Notes: generated from the sequence alone by a model not told the origin. A stretch of 64,000 nucleotides of DNA from an uncultured delta proteobacterium (GCA_963793865.1 CAWCBP010000004.1:322127-386126); one strand, 5' to 3'; counted from the stretch's first letter, positions 38,570 through 49,607 are shown. Numbers and translations are program-made.

Positions 38570-39478
38570 TTACGGAATATTGAGCGCGAACTTTGCCGCC
38601 TTCACCGTGTTTTTCATCAGCATGGTGATGGTCATGGGGCCCACACCCCCGGGGACGGGGGTGATGGCACCCGCAATCTCCTTGGCCGCGTCAAAATCAA
38701 CATCCCCCTTGAGCAGGGCCACTTTTTTACCGGTCTTTTCGCTGATCTTTTCCCCCACCCGGTTTACGCCCACATCAATAACACAGGCCCCGGGTTTTAT
38801 CCACTCCGGCTTGACCAGGCCCGGTACCCCGGCGGCGACGATGAGGATATCCGCCCGCCTGCAGTGCATGGCCATGTCCCTGGTCCGGGTATGTATGACC
38901 GTGACCGTGGCATTGGCCCCCTTTTCCTTCTGCAGCATGATGTTGGCAATGGGTTTGCCCACAATGTTGGACCGCCCCACCACCACCACCTCGGCCCCGT
39001 CGGTGGCAAAGCCCGACCGCACAATCAGCTCCTGAATGCCGGCCGGGGTGCAGGGCAGAAACTTAGCCTCCTTCCCTCCGATCATGAGGCGGCCGACGTT
39101 GACCGGATGAAAGCCGTCGACATCCTTGTCCGGATCGATGGCATTTAACACCTTTTTTTCGTCAATGTGCTTGGGAAGGGGGAGCTGCACCAGGATGCCG
39201 TGAATCCTGCCGTCCCGGTTATAGGCATCGATAAGCCCGAGCAGCTTTTCTTCGGAGATGTCCGCCGGCTGGTTGTCCTGAATGGAATAAAAATTAAGTT
39301 CATGGGAGGTTTTCTGCTTGGCGGTGACGTAGCTCACCGAAGCGGGGTTTTCTCCCACCAGAATGGTCACCAGACCGGGCACCAGGTTATGCTTTTCCTT
39401 CATGGCGGCAACTTCCTGTTTCAGCTCTTCCCGGATTTGCTGCGCGATCTCGTTGCCGTTTATTATTTTCGCCGTCAT
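38570..39478 (-). CDS. folD: Methylene-THF dehydrogenase/cyclohydrolase
   Basis: GILVQLPLP, KDVDGFHP, PCTP, GRSNIVGKP, TPVPGGVGPMT. Confidence 0.97.
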   Translation of the reverse strand: MTAKIINGNEIAQQIREELKQEVAAMKEKHNLVPGLVTILVGENPASVSYVTAKQKTSHELNFYSIQDNQPADISEEKLLGLIDAYNRDGRIHGILVQLPLPKHIDEKKVLNAIDPDKDVDGFHPVNVGRLMIGGKEAKFLPCTPAGIQELIVRSGFATDGAEVVVVGRSNIVGKPIANIMLQKEKGANATVTVIHTRTRDMAMHCRRADILIVAAGVPGLVKPEWIKPGACVIDVGVNRVGEKISEKTGKKVALLKGDVDFDAAKEIAGAITPVPGGVGPMTITMLMKNTVKAAKFALNIP

Positions 39479-39496
39479 ACCTCTGTACCCCCCTTG

Positions 39497-40276
39497 TCAT
39501 CCGGATTCGGACGCGTCAATAACCGTTTGCATCAAGTCATGCACCGCCCTGACCGCCCTGTTCCCGTCCGGCAGGTCAATCACCGCCCTCCCCTCCAGGT
39601 CGCCCTCGCTGATGCCGTGGTCAAGCGGGATGACCCCCAGGAGACTGAGTCCCTGCCCCTCGGCCCGCTTCCTGAAAGCCCCGTCCAGCTCGCCGGGGAC
39701 CCGGTTAATTACCAGAAAGCGCCTGCTGATCTCAAGCCCCAGCTCTTCCGAGAGCTGGTGAATCCGCCCCGCCGCGCGAAGCCCGTTAACCGAATAGTCG
39801 GAAACAACCACCAGCACATCGATCCGCTGCGCCGTCCGCCTGCTCAGGTGCTCCAGCCCCGCCTCGTTGTCTATTACCACAAAAGGATAATTCCTGCCCA
39901 GCGATTGGAGAAAGTTGCGCAATACATTGTTGATATAGCAATAGCATCCCGCGCCTTCAGGCCGGCCCATCACCAGCAGGTCTATGTCCGCCGTCTCAAC
40001 CAGCGCCTCGTTTAAACGAAGCTCCAGATAGGCCTCCTTGGGAACGCCTGCCGGCACGGTCCCCCTGCTGGCGAAAAAGTCCTGCCGCGCCCTGCCGATG
40101 GTGCTGATGCTTTTTTCGCCGCCCAGGCCAATGGCCTGGGGCAGGTTGGAATCCGGGTCCGCATCAACCGCCAGGATGGGCACGCGGCCGCTTCGGCTCA
40201 AATACCTGATAATCAGCCCGGCGAGCGTGGTCTTGCCGGTTCCCCCCTTTCCCGCAACGGCTATAACCCTGCTCAT
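39497..40276 (-). CDS. cooC: CooC/AcsF nickel-insertion ATPase
   Basis: GKGGTGKT, DADP, GCYC, DNEAGLEHLSR. Confidence 0.9.
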   Translation of the reverse strand: MSRVIAVAGKGGTGKTTLAGLIIRYLSRSGRVPILAVDADPDSNLPQAIGLGGEKSISTIGRARQDFFASRGTVPAGVPKEAYLELRLNEALVETADIDLLVMGRPEGAGCYCYINNVLRNFLQSLGRNYPFVVIDNEAGLEHLSRRTAQRIDVLVVVSDYSVNGLRAAGRIHQLSEELGLEISRRFLVINRVPGELDGAFRKRAEGQGLSLLGVIPLDHGISEGDLEGRAVIDLPDGNRAVRAVHDLMQTVIDASESG

Positions 40277-40320
40277 GCAAGCGTACTCCGGGCCTTCGTC
40301 CCGTCACTCCGGTGACAGGT

Positions 40321-42300
40321 TCAGCATATTTTTTTTGCGGCAGACAGCCTCGCGCTCACTTCGGGGAAGAGCCTTCCGTCGGTGTGGGGCAGGAACATGC
40401 CGGCCATATACTTGTCCATGAATGAGCGGTCTTCGCTCAGCTCAACGTTGGTCATTTTCCTGGCAATCCGCTCGCCGTCATCCAAGAGCTCGCTGGAAAG
40501 CGATATCAGCCGCGCGCCGATCAGGGAGCCGTTGCCGATAAATATGTAACGGTCATGCGGCAGCTCCGGCAGAAGCCCGATGGTAATGGCCTTCTCCAGG
40601 TCAATATAGTCCCCGAACGCCCCGGCGATGATGACCCGTTCCAGGTCCTTGAAGGTCAGGTCCACCTTTGCCAGCAGGCACTGATATCCGGCGAACATGG
40701 CGGCCTTGGCCCGTATGAGGTTCTCTATGTCCGCTTCGGTTATGACCACATCCCCCTCCGCGCCTGTCTCCTCCTTGTAGGCAAGCACATATTCCAGCCC
40801 GTCGGCGCCTTCCCTGATGCGCTGCGTTCTGCAGGATACGTTCATCTTGCCGTTCTGGGCGATGACGCCTGTTTCCAGGAATTCCGCCAGAATGTTGATC
40901 GCCCCCGATCCGCAAATGCCCCGGGGCTTGACCCTGCCGATGGTCATGATCATGGGCTCGAGGGTGGCGGGGTTAATATGGAATTTTTCAATGGCCCCGG
41001 CAGCCGCCCTCATGCCGCATTTGAGGCCGCCCCCTTCAAAGGCGGGACCGGCCGAACACGATGCGGTCATCAGCCAGTCGGCATTGCCCACCACGATCTC
41101 CCCGTTGGTGCCTATGTCGATATAGAGGGTAATCTCCTTTCTCTGGTAGAGACCGGAGCTCAAAACGCCCGACACGATATCGCCGCCCACATAGCTGGCC
41201 ACCGAAGGGAAGGTGTAGAGATACACATGATCAGGAACGTTAAGGCCGACCCGGATCGCCCTCACCGGGGGAATAAAATTCGCCACCGGGACGTAGGGTG
41301 CCGCCCTGATATATTTGGGATCAAGCCCCACCAGCAGATGGGTCATCACCGTGTTGCCGGCGGCGGTCACATGCGAGATGTGAATTTTTTCAACACCCGC
41401 TTTTTCTACCAGCTCGTGCACGATGCCGTTCAGGGTCTCAACCACCACCTGCTGAAGGGCGGAAAGGGCCCCGGGTTTCTGAGAGTAAACAATGCGGCTT
41501 ATGACATCATCGCCGAACTCAATCTGGGGGTTATAGGCGGATGCCTCCGCCAGGACGTTCCGGCCGTTGAGATCAATGAGCTGGCCCCAGAGGGAGGTGG
41601 TCCCGATGTCCATCACGATGGAGTAGTGCCGGCCGGTTGTGTCCCCCGGCTCCACGCTTATCAGCTTGGGCCGCCGCGCGCCCCGTATCTGGTGCTCCCC
41701 CAGCTGGGATTCCATCCTCGTCTGCACCACGGTGACGGTCACTTTCCATGCCGCGTCTCTCAGGGCGCGGGAGAGCCTCTTCAGCAGGAGAAAATCTATG
41801 GAGATGTTTTCCAGTCCGTGCTGCCGTTTGAGCGCGCGCAGCAACCGCGAGAGATCGCTGATGTTGTCGCTTAAGGTGGGCGGCTCAAGTTCCACAAAAA
41901 ATTTTTTCAGGGCGGGATTATACCAGGCCCCGTCCACCAGCTTTTCAATTTCCTGGGAAACCGCCTGCCTGCCGTCGGGAACCCGGACGCGGGGTCCCTG
42001 CACGGCGGCCTTCTCCAGCGGCTTTTCTTCAGGCACGGAGACTTCGACGTCGCCCACCAGCCGTGACTGGCATGCCAGCCGGCACCCCTTGCTTATCTCC
42101 TCTGCCGAAAGGATGCCCGATTCCGGACTGTTTACCTCGCCGGATGTGATAACAACCCGGCATTTGCCGCAGACCCCTTCCCCGCCGCAGGCCGCATTGA
42201 TATGGACGCCCGCATTCATGGCAACGTCGACCAGGATATCACCCGGAGCAGCGGCCACTTTTTTCCCGGCAGGCAGAAAATGTACGGTGACTGTTTCCAT
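40321..42300 (-). CDS. acsV: Reductive activator of corrinoid proteins (RACo/AcsV, ASKHA family)
   Basis: N-terminal CGG.G.CGKC [2Fe-2S], DIGTT, G.DVISRI, DIGTNGE, SAGPAFEG, GICGSG, AGAFG. Confidence 0.9.
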   Translation of the reverse strand: METVTVHFLPAGKKVAAAPGDILVDVAMNAGVHINAACGGEGVCGKCRVVITSGEVNSPESGILSAEEISKGCRLACQSRLVGDVEVSVPEEKPLEKAAVQGPRVRVPDGRQAVSQEIEKLVDGAWYNPALKKFFVELEPPTLSDNISDLSRLLRALKRQHGLENISIDFLLLKRLSRALRDAAWKVTVTVVQTRMESQLGEHQIRGARRPKLISVEPGDTTGRHYSIVMDIGTTSLWGQLIDLNGRNVLAEASAYNPQIEFGDDVISRIVYSQKPGALSALQQVVVETLNGIVHELVEKAGVEKIHISHVTAAGNTVMTHLLVGLDPKYIRAAPYVPVANFIPPVRAIRVGLNVPDHVYLYTFPSVASYVGGDIVSGVLSSGLYQRKEITLYIDIGTNGEIVVGNADWLMTASCSAGPAFEGGGLKCGMRAAAGAIEKFHINPATLEPMIMTIGRVKPRGICGSGAINILAEFLETGVIAQNGKMNVSCRTQRIREGADGLEYVLAYKEETGAEGDVVITEADIENLIRAKAAMFAGYQCLLAKVDLTFKDLERVIIAGAFGDYIDLEKAITIGLLPELPHDRYIFIGNGSLIGARLISLSSELLDDGERIARKMTNVELSEDRSFMDKYMAGMFLPHTDGRLFPEVSARLSAAKKIC

Positions 42301-42427
42301 GGTTGTACCGCAGGCCACCTTCATTGGTTAAGATGGTTTTGAAGGATGTGCGCTTAAGCCTCTTACCCGGCAGCACGGTCTTCCCGCGTCGCGCCGGGTT
42401 TTTTTTGACTGGATAAACAACGGGGCT

Positions 42428-44191
42428 TTAAAAAAGTCCTGAAACCTTGCCCGTCTTTACGTCAATGTCAACCCTTCTGAAGGCAGGATTGGAGCTGGTG
42501 CCCGGCATGAGGCTGATGGTGCCCGCGCAGGGGCACAAAAACTTGGCGCCTGAATAGATCAGGACATCGCGTATGGGCAGGGTCCAGCCTTTGGGGACGC
42601 CTTTCAAGGAGGGTTCGTGGGTCAGGCTCAAATGGGTTTTAACCATCATGGTGGCATAATCATCAAACTGGGTATCGCTTTCCAGCATTTTTGCCTTCTG
42701 CTCGGCCTCGGGAGACCAGGACACGCCGTCCGCCCCGTAGACGTCACGGGCTATGGTTTTGACGCGGTCACGCAGTTTCATTTCCAGCGGATACAGGAAA
42801 TGAAATGTTCCTTTTTCCTCGCAGGCATCGATCACGGCATCGGCGAGTTCCAGTGCGCCTCCGCCCCCCTGCGCCCAGTGTGTCGATTTGGCGCAGCGCG
42901 CGCCTGCACCCTCAGCAGCCTTTTTTACCATGGCAATTTCTTCCTTGGTATCGGTGTGGAAGGAGTTGATGCACACCACCGGGTTCATGCCCGATTTGCG
43001 GATGGTGTTGATGTGGTGAATCATGTTGGGCAGGCCCTTCTCCAGCAGGCTCAGGTTCTCCTTGGTGTATTCTTCGGGAAGGGCGATGCCCGCCACCACC
43101 TTGGGACCGCCCCCGTGCATCTTGAGCGCGCGGATGGTCGCGGTCAGAACTGAAACGTGCGGCTTTAATCCGCTGAAGCGGCACTTGACGTTCCAGAATT
43201 TTTCAAACCCGATGTCTGCCGCAAAGCCGCTTTCAGTCACATGATAGTCAAACATCTTAAGGCCGATGCGGTCCGCGATAATTGAGGATTGACCGACGGC
43301 AATATTGGCAAAGGGCCCGGCATGAACCATGCAGGGCTGGTACTCGGCCGTGCACATCAGGGTGGGATTAATGGTGTTGCGCATCCAGGCGGCCATGGCC
43401 CCTCCCACTTCGAGGTCACCGGTGGTTACCGGCTTGCCGTTCTTGTCAAATGCCACGGTGATGCGGTTGAGCCGCTCGCGCAGGTCAGCCAGGTCTTTCA
43501 CGATCGACAGTATGGCCATGCATTCAGAGCCCACGGCGATGCCGAACTTGCTCTGCATGAGGAAACCGTCGGACCGGCCCCCCAGACCGATAATTATGTT
43601 TCTTAAGCTCTGCGCGCAAAAATCCATCACCCAGCCCATCTCTATGCGGGTGGGATCTATATTCAGCCGCCGCATGCCGGTCAGCCGCTGCAGCTGCTCA
43701 TCAGTATAGTTCCGTTCGTGCTGCATGCGCGCGGTCAGCGCAACCATGGCAAGGTTATGGGCATTGGTAATATCATTAATATCCCCGGTGAGCCCCAGGG
43801 AAAATTCGGTCATGGGAATAAGCAGCGCATTCCCGCCGCCTGCGGCGGTCCCTTTAACGTTCATGGTGGGGCCTCCGGAAGGCTGGCGCAGGCAGCCGCC
43901 AACATTCTTGCCCCGCTTGCCCAGACCCTCGATGAGCCCGACCGAGGTGGTGCTTTTTCCCTCTCCCAGCGGGGTGGGGGTAATGGCAGTCACTTCGATA
44001 TACTTTCCGTCCGGTTTTTCCTTAAGGCGGTCAATAATTTTCAAAAAGTCCAGCTTGGACAGCCTGCCCATGGGGATAATTTCATCCTTCTGCAGGGAGA
44101 GCTTTTCACCCCACTGCTCGGTGGTCGGCATATTTTTCTCGGCGGCTTCGGAAATTTGCCAGTCCTGCATCTTTGTCGCGTCATATGCCAT
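42428..44191 (-). CDS. fhs: Formate-tetrahydrofolate ligase
   Basis: [42 protein letters not shown]. Confidence 0.97.
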   Translation of the reverse strand: MAYDATKMQDWQISEAAEKNMPTTEQWGEKLSLQKDEIIPMGRLSKLDFLKIIDRLKEKPDGKYIEVTAITPTPLGEGKSTTSVGLIEGLGKRGKNVGGCLRQPSGGPTMNVKGTAAGGGNALLIPMTEFSLGLTGDINDITNAHNLAMVALTARMQHERNYTDEQLQRLTGMRRLNIDPTRIEMGWVMDFCAQSLRNIIIGLGGRSDGFLMQSKFGIAVGSECMAILSIVKDLADLRERLNRITVAFDKNGKPVTTGDLEVGGAMAAWMRNTINPTLMCTAEYQPCMVHAGPFANIAVGQSSIIADRIGLKMFDYHVTESGFAADIGFEKFWNVKCRFSGLKPHVSVLTATIRALKMHGGGPKVVAGIALPEEYTKENLSLLEKGLPNMIHHINTIRKSGMNPVVCINSFHTDTKEEIAMVKKAAEGAGARCAKSTHWAQGGGGALELADAVIDACEEKGTFHFLYPLEMKLRDRVKTIARDVYGADGVSWSPEAEQKAKMLESDTQFDDYATMMVKTHLSLTHEPSLKGVPKGWTLPIRDVLIYSGAKFLCPCAGTISLMPGTSSNPAFRRVDIDVKTGKVSGLF

Positions 44192-44340
44192 ACTTTACCC
44201 CCTTTGTGAAGTACTGCAATTAATTGCAATAAATTAATGCGGTTACACTAGGGATGACTAGCATAACTAATTCAATTTTGTCAAGCTCTCATTTGCCGGG
44301 AAGCCGCGTCGCCCGCGACGCGGCAACACTCTGTTTAACC

Positions 44341-44369
44341 TTGACATCGGGCTGCATCAACTTTATAGT
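44341..44369 (+). promoter_or_regulatory. Sigma70-type promoter
   Basis: TTGACA-17 nt-TATAGT upstream of the deacetylase gene. Confidence 0.65.
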
Positions 44370-44425
44370 GCAGCCTGTTTCAAAGACCGTACAGACATGC
44401 GCCAGCCGCAGACACATTGATGGTT

Positions 44426-45556
44426 ATGAAATCAGCTTTTGTCTATTCTGAGGTGTTTTCCCAGTACGAACTGGGGCCCTTGCATCCGTTTAAGACCTCA
44501 CGGGCCAAAATCGTATATGAACTCTGCCACAGATACGGATTGCTTGACAGACCCGGGATAGAAATTGTCAAACCTGAACCGTTGTGCTTTGAAAAGCTTA
44601 CCCTGTTCCACAGCGGCGAATATCTGAACCTGCTGGAGGCAGCAAGTTCTAATATCTTCCGCTTTGAGATGCTGGGTTGCGGACTGGGCACTGATGAAAA
44701 CCCCGTTTTTGAGGGCCTCTATGATCTCATAACCCTTGCGGCCGGCGCAACCTACCGCGGAGCTGATCTGCTCCTGCATGAAGATTATAACCTGGTGCTC
44801 AACGTTTTCGGGGGATTTCACCACGCCGGGAGAAGTCATGCAGAAGGGTTCTGCTACGTTAACGATGCGGGGATTGCCATTGCATATCTTCTGCAGCACG
44901 GACTGAAGGTTGCCTACATCGATCTTGATGCCCATCACGGAAACGGCATACAGGATGCTTTTTACAGCGATAACCGCGTACTAAAAATATCCCTCCATGA
45001 AAGCGGCAAAAGCCTCTACCCCTGGTCCGGTTTTGAATCAGAAATCGGCGAGGGGGCCGGCACAGGCTATAATATAAATGTGCCCCTCCTTCAGGGCACC
45101 GACGACGAAACCTATCTTTACGCCTTCTCTCAAATAGTGCCCCCGCTTTTGCAGGGCTTTGCACCGGATGTTACCGTGGCCATTTTCGGCGCTGACGCCC
45201 ACCATGCCGATCCCCTCGTCCATCTGAACATGAGCAATCACCCCATCTGCAAAGCGGCCCAAGCCATTGCCGATCTCTCCCCCCGGGTGCTCGCCCTGGG
45301 CGGCGGGGGCTACAACATTTACGTTTCAGCCCGCACTTGGGCACTGGTCTGGGCAATCATGAACCGGCTGACACCTGAAGATATCTTTCTTGGCGCGGTG
45401 GGAGGCATGATGTACGGCCCGGAGGCCGAATCGGGGTCGCTTGCGGAGGATCCTCCCCGGATCGTTCAGGACAGCGCAAAGGAACAAGCACAAAAAGATG
45501 CAGAGCGGGTGGTGAACTACATTAAAAAGACGGCCTTTCCCCTGGTCGGGGCTTAA
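44426..45556 (+). CDS. acuC: Zn-dependent protein deacetylase (HDAC family, AcuC-like)
   Basis: HP, GGFHHA, GFCYVND, DLDAHHGNG, SLHE, GADAH..DPL, GGGGY. Confidence 0.85.
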   Translation: MKSAFVYSEVFSQYELGPLHPFKTSRAKIVYELCHRYGLLDRPGIEIVKPEPLCFEKLTLFHSGEYLNLLEAASSNIFRFEMLGCGLGTDENPVFEGLYDLITLAAGATYRGADLLLHEDYNLVLNVFGGFHHAGRSHAEGFCYVNDAGIAIAYLLQHGLKVAYIDLDAHHGNGIQDAFYSDNRVLKISLHESGKSLYPWSGFESEIGEGAGTGYNINVPLLQGTDDETYLYAFSQIVPPLLQGFAPDVTVAIFGADAHHADPLVHLNMSNHPICKAAQAIADLSPRVLALGGGGYNIYVSARTWALVWAIMNRLTPEDIFLGAVGGMMYGPEAESGSLAEDPPRIVQDSAKEQAQKDAERVVNYIKKTAFPLVGA

Positions 45557-45613
45557 AGGGGCCGGGGAAAGGGCGGCAGCCGCACATTTTTATCAACCGG
45601 AAGGAGGAGCATT

Positions 45614-45913
45614 ATGTTATTCGCCCTGCTAGGCAAGTATAACCCTATGATGTTAAAGACGGTGACGAACAAGGAAAACGAGATTTTTAGCAATCCGCCT
45701 GAAGGCATTGAGGTTGTGGCGCGGTACTCAATGGTGGGCGAGCGGGGCGGATTTATTAACATTGTAAATACCACCAGCGCTGAATCGCTGGGCACTCTGC
45801 TCTCCGGCTGCGCCGGCCTGATACAGTTCGAGGTAATCCCGGTGGTTGATGCAGCAGGGGGAAAGGTGCTGGAAATCCTCAAAAAAGGCTTGACGGACAA
45901 TTCCATCATCTGA
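45614..45913 (+). CDS. Small ferredoxin-like-fold protein (DUF3303-like)
   Basis: Strong RBS; PEGIEVVARY...GG...FEVIPVV pattern. Confidence 0.6.
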   Translation: MLFALLGKYNPMMLKTVTNKENEIFSNPPEGIEVVARYSMVGERGGFINIVNTTSAESLGTLLSGCAGLIQFEVIPVVDAAGGKVLEILKKGLTDNSII

Positions 45914-46096
45914 CGCAAACGGGCACCCTGGTATTGCGTTTCAGGGAAAGGCCCCATGCGCCCGCAAAGGTTTCCGCACACCGTCTGCCGATCTCCTTTT
46001 TACTTGACAACAGCCCTTCATCATACTAATGGTGCTGCACCATTGCGGCCGGCGCATGCGTGCCGGCAGGCCCCATAAACTTGAACGGAACACCCC

Positions 46097-46858
46097 ATGA
46101 AAAGCATCGAGGCGCAGCAAGGCAACTCTGAGCAAACCCTGGTTTTAATCAAACCCGACGCGCTGCTGTATTCGCTCACCGGCTTTATTTTTGAGCGGGT
46201 GTCGGCGGTACACAATCCTGTCATCGCAGCCCTGAAGGTGGTGCGGGTCACCGAGGAGCTGGCCCGGGAGCATTACCGCAACATCCGCGGCAAGCCTTTT
46301 TACGAGGCAACGCTTCGCTATATCATGGGGGATCTGCATTATCCGTCCCAGCCGGAGAAGAGAAGGGTGGTGGCCATTGTCTATGAAGCCGGGGATATCG
46401 TGGGCCGGATCAAGTCATACTTCGGGCCCACCAAGCCCAAAGACGCCAAGCAGCTGGCCAAGGAAAAGGGCATCATAACCCTGCGGGCCCAGCTGGGTTA
46501 CATGGACTTCGACGTAGACCAGGAAACGCTCATCGACAACGCGGTTCATGCCTCCGAGAACGCGGAGGAGGCTGAGCGGGAAATCAAGCTCTGGTTTGAG
46601 CCGGGGGATTTTCCCGAACAGCACCGGTTTTTCGACTACGTGGAATCTGAATACCATTTCTATTGTTCCCCGCGGTCGGTCGACGGGACATACCGGCTGT
46701 TCAACAGTCGCGAGCCGGGATGCAAGGGCATCATAGCCCCCGGAACGCTGGTATGGCAATCGGACTACGAGAACCTGCTGCTCCACCGGGACAAAAAGGG
46801 GGAGGCCCCGGTTCCGCTCAACAGCATCATTGAAAAATATGTGATTAAAACCAGATGA
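46097..46858 (+). CDS. Nucleoside-diphosphate kinase-like protein with C-terminal extension
   Basis: EQTLVLIKPD, HY...KPFY, NAVHASE, EREIKLWF. Confidence 0.85.
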   Translation: MKSIEAQQGNSEQTLVLIKPDALLYSLTGFIFERVSAVHNPVIAALKVVRVTEELAREHYRNIRGKPFYEATLRYIMGDLHYPSQPEKRRVVAIVYEAGDIVGRIKSYFGPTKPKDAKQLAKEKGIITLRAQLGYMDFDVDQETLIDNAVHASENAEEAEREIKLWFEPGDFPEQHRFFDYVESEYHFYCSPRSVDGTYRLFNSREPGCKGIIAPGTLVWQSDYENLLLHRDKKGEAPVPLNSIIEKYVIKTR

Positions 46859-47583
46859 TGGTCACGGCAGCCCCTCACGGTCATACCCCGATCTTTTTCA
46901 TGATCAAGCCCGACGGCGTTCCCCATGAAAGCGTCATCATGAAAATGATAGAACCCCTGGCGTCCGTTCTCGCCCGCCGGCCCTTTGAGCCTGTTGACAT
47001 GGAGCGCATTGAGCGCCTCTATGCGGTTCATAAAGACAAACCGTTTTATCCCCGTCTGATGGAGTATTTCAGGGGAATGCCCGCAGTCGCCTACCTCTTG
47101 CGCGAGCGGCAGGATACGGTGTATCAGAACGGGTTTTACGCAAGCTTCATTGATCTGGTGGGCGACACCGATCCGGCCAGGGCCCTGCCGGGCACCATAC
47201 GGCGCTTAAGCGCGGATACGCTTGAAAAGTCCCTGGCTGAGAAAAGGGCGCTCAGGAACCTGGTCCACCGCTCAACCACCGTCGAGGAGACGCTCAATGA
47301 GGCGCCCCTGTTCTTCTGGGACCATGTCCGCGACAGCTCCACAGTAAAAGGCGCTCCCGGCGTTCTGGGGCTGTTCCTGTCCCGGGCGGGAGAGGGAATT
47401 TTCTTCGAGGACCGGGTCCAAAGCGGGCTGAGGCGATACAATCTGCTGTCCGCAGATGAAGAGCTGGTGTACTATCAGGATTACCGGGGCGGGGAAGATG
47501 ATCCCCTGGAACAGGGAAGGGCGCTGGCGGAAACCCGGGTGCAGGGCAGGCGGGTGATAAAGGACCTGACCCCTCCTTCATGA
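46855..47583 (+). CDS. Second, divergent nucleoside-diphosphate kinase-like protein
   Basis: MIKPDG, HKDKPFY, GDTDP..A.PGTIR, NLVHRS; ATGA overlap with the first copy. Confidence 0.8.
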   Translation: MMVTAAPHGHTPIFFMIKPDGVPHESVIMKMIEPLASVLARRPFEPVDMERIERLYAVHKDKPFYPRLMEYFRGMPAVAYLLRERQDTVYQNGFYASFIDLVGDTDPARALPGTIRRLSADTLEKSLAEKRALRNLVHRSTTVEETLNEAPLFFWDHVRDSSTVKGAPGVLGLFLSRAGEGIFFEDRVQSGLRRYNLLSADEELVYYQDYRGGEDDPLEQGRALAETRVQGRRVIKDLTPPS

Positions 47584-47644
47584 GTAAGCGGTAAAAGTAT
47601 CCGGGAGGATATGATGACGATCCGGTGGAGCTCAAAAAAAGACC

Positions 47645-49453
47645 ATGAATAAAAACATGCCCGAACAAGCCTTAGCCGTAACAGATACCACCTTCCGAGA
47701 TGCCCATCAGTCATCGCTGGCAACGCGCATGCATCCTGATGACATGCTTCCCATGGCGGAAAAGATGGACGAGGTCGGGTTTCATTCCCTGGAGGTGTGG
47801 GGCGGCGCCACCTTTGATGTGGCCACCAGGTTTTTGAATGTGGATCCCTGGCAATGGCTTAAAACCTTAAAAAAGCATATCACCAGAACACCGCTGCAAA
47901 TGCTGCTGCGCGGACAAAACCTGGTCGGGTATCGCCACTATGCCGATGACGTGGTGCGGGCCTTTGTCCACCGTGCCGCAGAGTGCGGCATGGATATATT
48001 TCGCGTCTTTGATGCGTTGAACGACGAAAGGAACTTTGAACAATCCTTCAATGCCATACGGGAGTGCGGAAAACACATTCAGGGGACCATCTGTTACTCT
48101 CTGACCGGGAGAAGACTGGGCGGACCTGTTTTTACTATCGATTATTTTGTGAAAAAAGCAGTGACGCTTGAAACCATGGGCGCCCACTCTCTCTGCATCA
48201 AAGATATGGCCGGCCTGATGTCACCCTTTGATGCATTCGACCTGGTATCAGCCCTTAAAAAAGCGGTTTCCATTCCCATTCAGCTGCATTCCCACTACAC
48301 CAGCGGCATGGCCTCCATGACCTATCTCAAGGCAATAGAGGCCGGTATAGATGTCGTCGACACGGCCCTTGCGCCTCTTGCGCTCAGGTCTTCCCAGCCG
48401 GCAATCGAGCCGCTGGTGGTTACGCTGCAGGATACTCCCCGGGATACGGGTTTAAACCTGTCGCTGCTTGACGAGCTGGGCAGATACCTTGAATCCATCC
48501 TGCCCAAGTATAGCGATTTCATTAACAACACTAAAATGTCCGTCATAGATGCAAGCGTCCTGCTCCACCAGATACCGGGAGGCATGCTTTCCAATCTGGT
48601 GAGCCAGCTTAAAGAAGCACATGCCCTGCACAGGCTTGATGAGGTCTATGATGAGCTGCCCAGGACACGCAAGGACCTGGGTTATCCTCCGCTGGTAACC
48701 CCCACCAGCCAGATAGTCGGAACGCAAGCGGTACAGAACGTGCTTTTTGGCAGATATCAAATGGTCTCTTCTCAGGTGAAAGATTATGCCTATGGTCTCT
48801 ATGGACGCCCTCCCGTGCCCATGGATGTCATAATACAAGGCAAATGCCTCAAGGGTTATGCGCGGGGTGAAAAACCGATTGATTGCAGGCCGGCAGACAT
48901 CCTCGCGCCTGAACTGGAAAAAGCCCGGGAGGAGGTAAAGGACCTTGCCCGGGACGAGGGGGACATATTGATTTACGTTCTCTACCCGACCACCGGCAAA
49001 CGTTTCCTCAGGTGGAAATACGGTCTGGAACCTGTCCCGGAATCGATTAAGCCGACAACCACGGATAACACAGAAAAACGAAATAAAATGACCGCCGCGG
49101 CACATGACGGCGCGCCGGCTCAAACAATGGTGGCGAAGCCGCCTCAAACCGGTCCGGCATTAAACAGGGCGGATGCGCATGAAGAAGCAAAAAGCGTCTC
49201 CGGCACGGCAAGCGCATCCCCCGAACCGGGGGACGTGGTCATTACCGCACCGATGCCGGGTATCGTCATTGCCTACAAGGTAGCCGAGGGTGAAAAGATC
49301 AAGTCCGGCGATGTGGTGGTCATACTTGAGGCAATGAAAATGGAGAATGAACTCGCCTCTCCCTCCGATGGCAGGGTGAAAAAAATTGCCTTTAAAACAG
49401 GCTCTTCCGTAAAAAAGGATGATCTCCTCTGTATCATCAGCACGAAATCCTAG
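47645..49453 (+). CDS. pycB: Pyruvate carboxylase subunit B / oxaloacetate decarboxylase alpha
   Basis: RDAHQS, WGGATFD, QMLLRGQN, IKDMAG, HQIPGGM, PLVTPTSQIVG, biotin motif EAMKM. Confidence 0.85.
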   Translation: MNKNMPEQALAVTDTTFRDAHQSSLATRMHPDDMLPMAEKMDEVGFHSLEVWGGATFDVATRFLNVDPWQWLKTLKKHITRTPLQMLLRGQNLVGYRHYADDVVRAFVHRAAECGMDIFRVFDALNDERNFEQSFNAIRECGKHIQGTICYSLTGRRLGGPVFTIDYFVKKAVTLETMGAHSLCIKDMAGLMSPFDAFDLVSALKKAVSIPIQLHSHYTSGMASMTYLKAIEAGIDVVDTALAPLALRSSQPAIEPLVVTLQDTPRDTGLNLSLLDELGRYLESILPKYSDFINNTKMSVIDASVLLHQIPGGMLSNLVSQLKEAHALHRLDEVYDELPRTRKDLGYPPLVTPTSQIVGTQAVQNVLFGRYQMVSSQVKDYAYGLYGRPPVPMDVIIQGKCLKGYARGEKPIDCRPADILAPELEKAREEVKDLARDEGDILIYVLYPTTGKRFLRWKYGLEPVPESIKPTTTDNTEKRNKMTAAAHDGAPAQTMVAKPPQTGPALNRADAHEEAKSVSGTASASPEPGDVVITAPMPGIVIAYKVAEGEKIKSGDVVVILEAMKMENELASPSDGRVKKIAFKTGSSVKKDDLLCIISTKS

Positions 49454-49607
49454 CTAAACCCATTCCGAGGAAACGCAGGTTTCATGAAATGTGGTTTGAG
49501 TAACAGGTGTTCATCCGCGTCCTCCTGGTTCCCTTGTAATGCCGTCTTTGTCAACCCATTGTTTGTACTCATAAATCTTGTGATGCCATGCCGGCATTAA
49601 AATTTTC

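Noticed and set aside
42365..42407. Hairpin with T-tract between fhs and acsV
   Set aside because: The T-tract is on the plus strand, opposite to the genes, and the stem is imperfect, so its function is not supportable.
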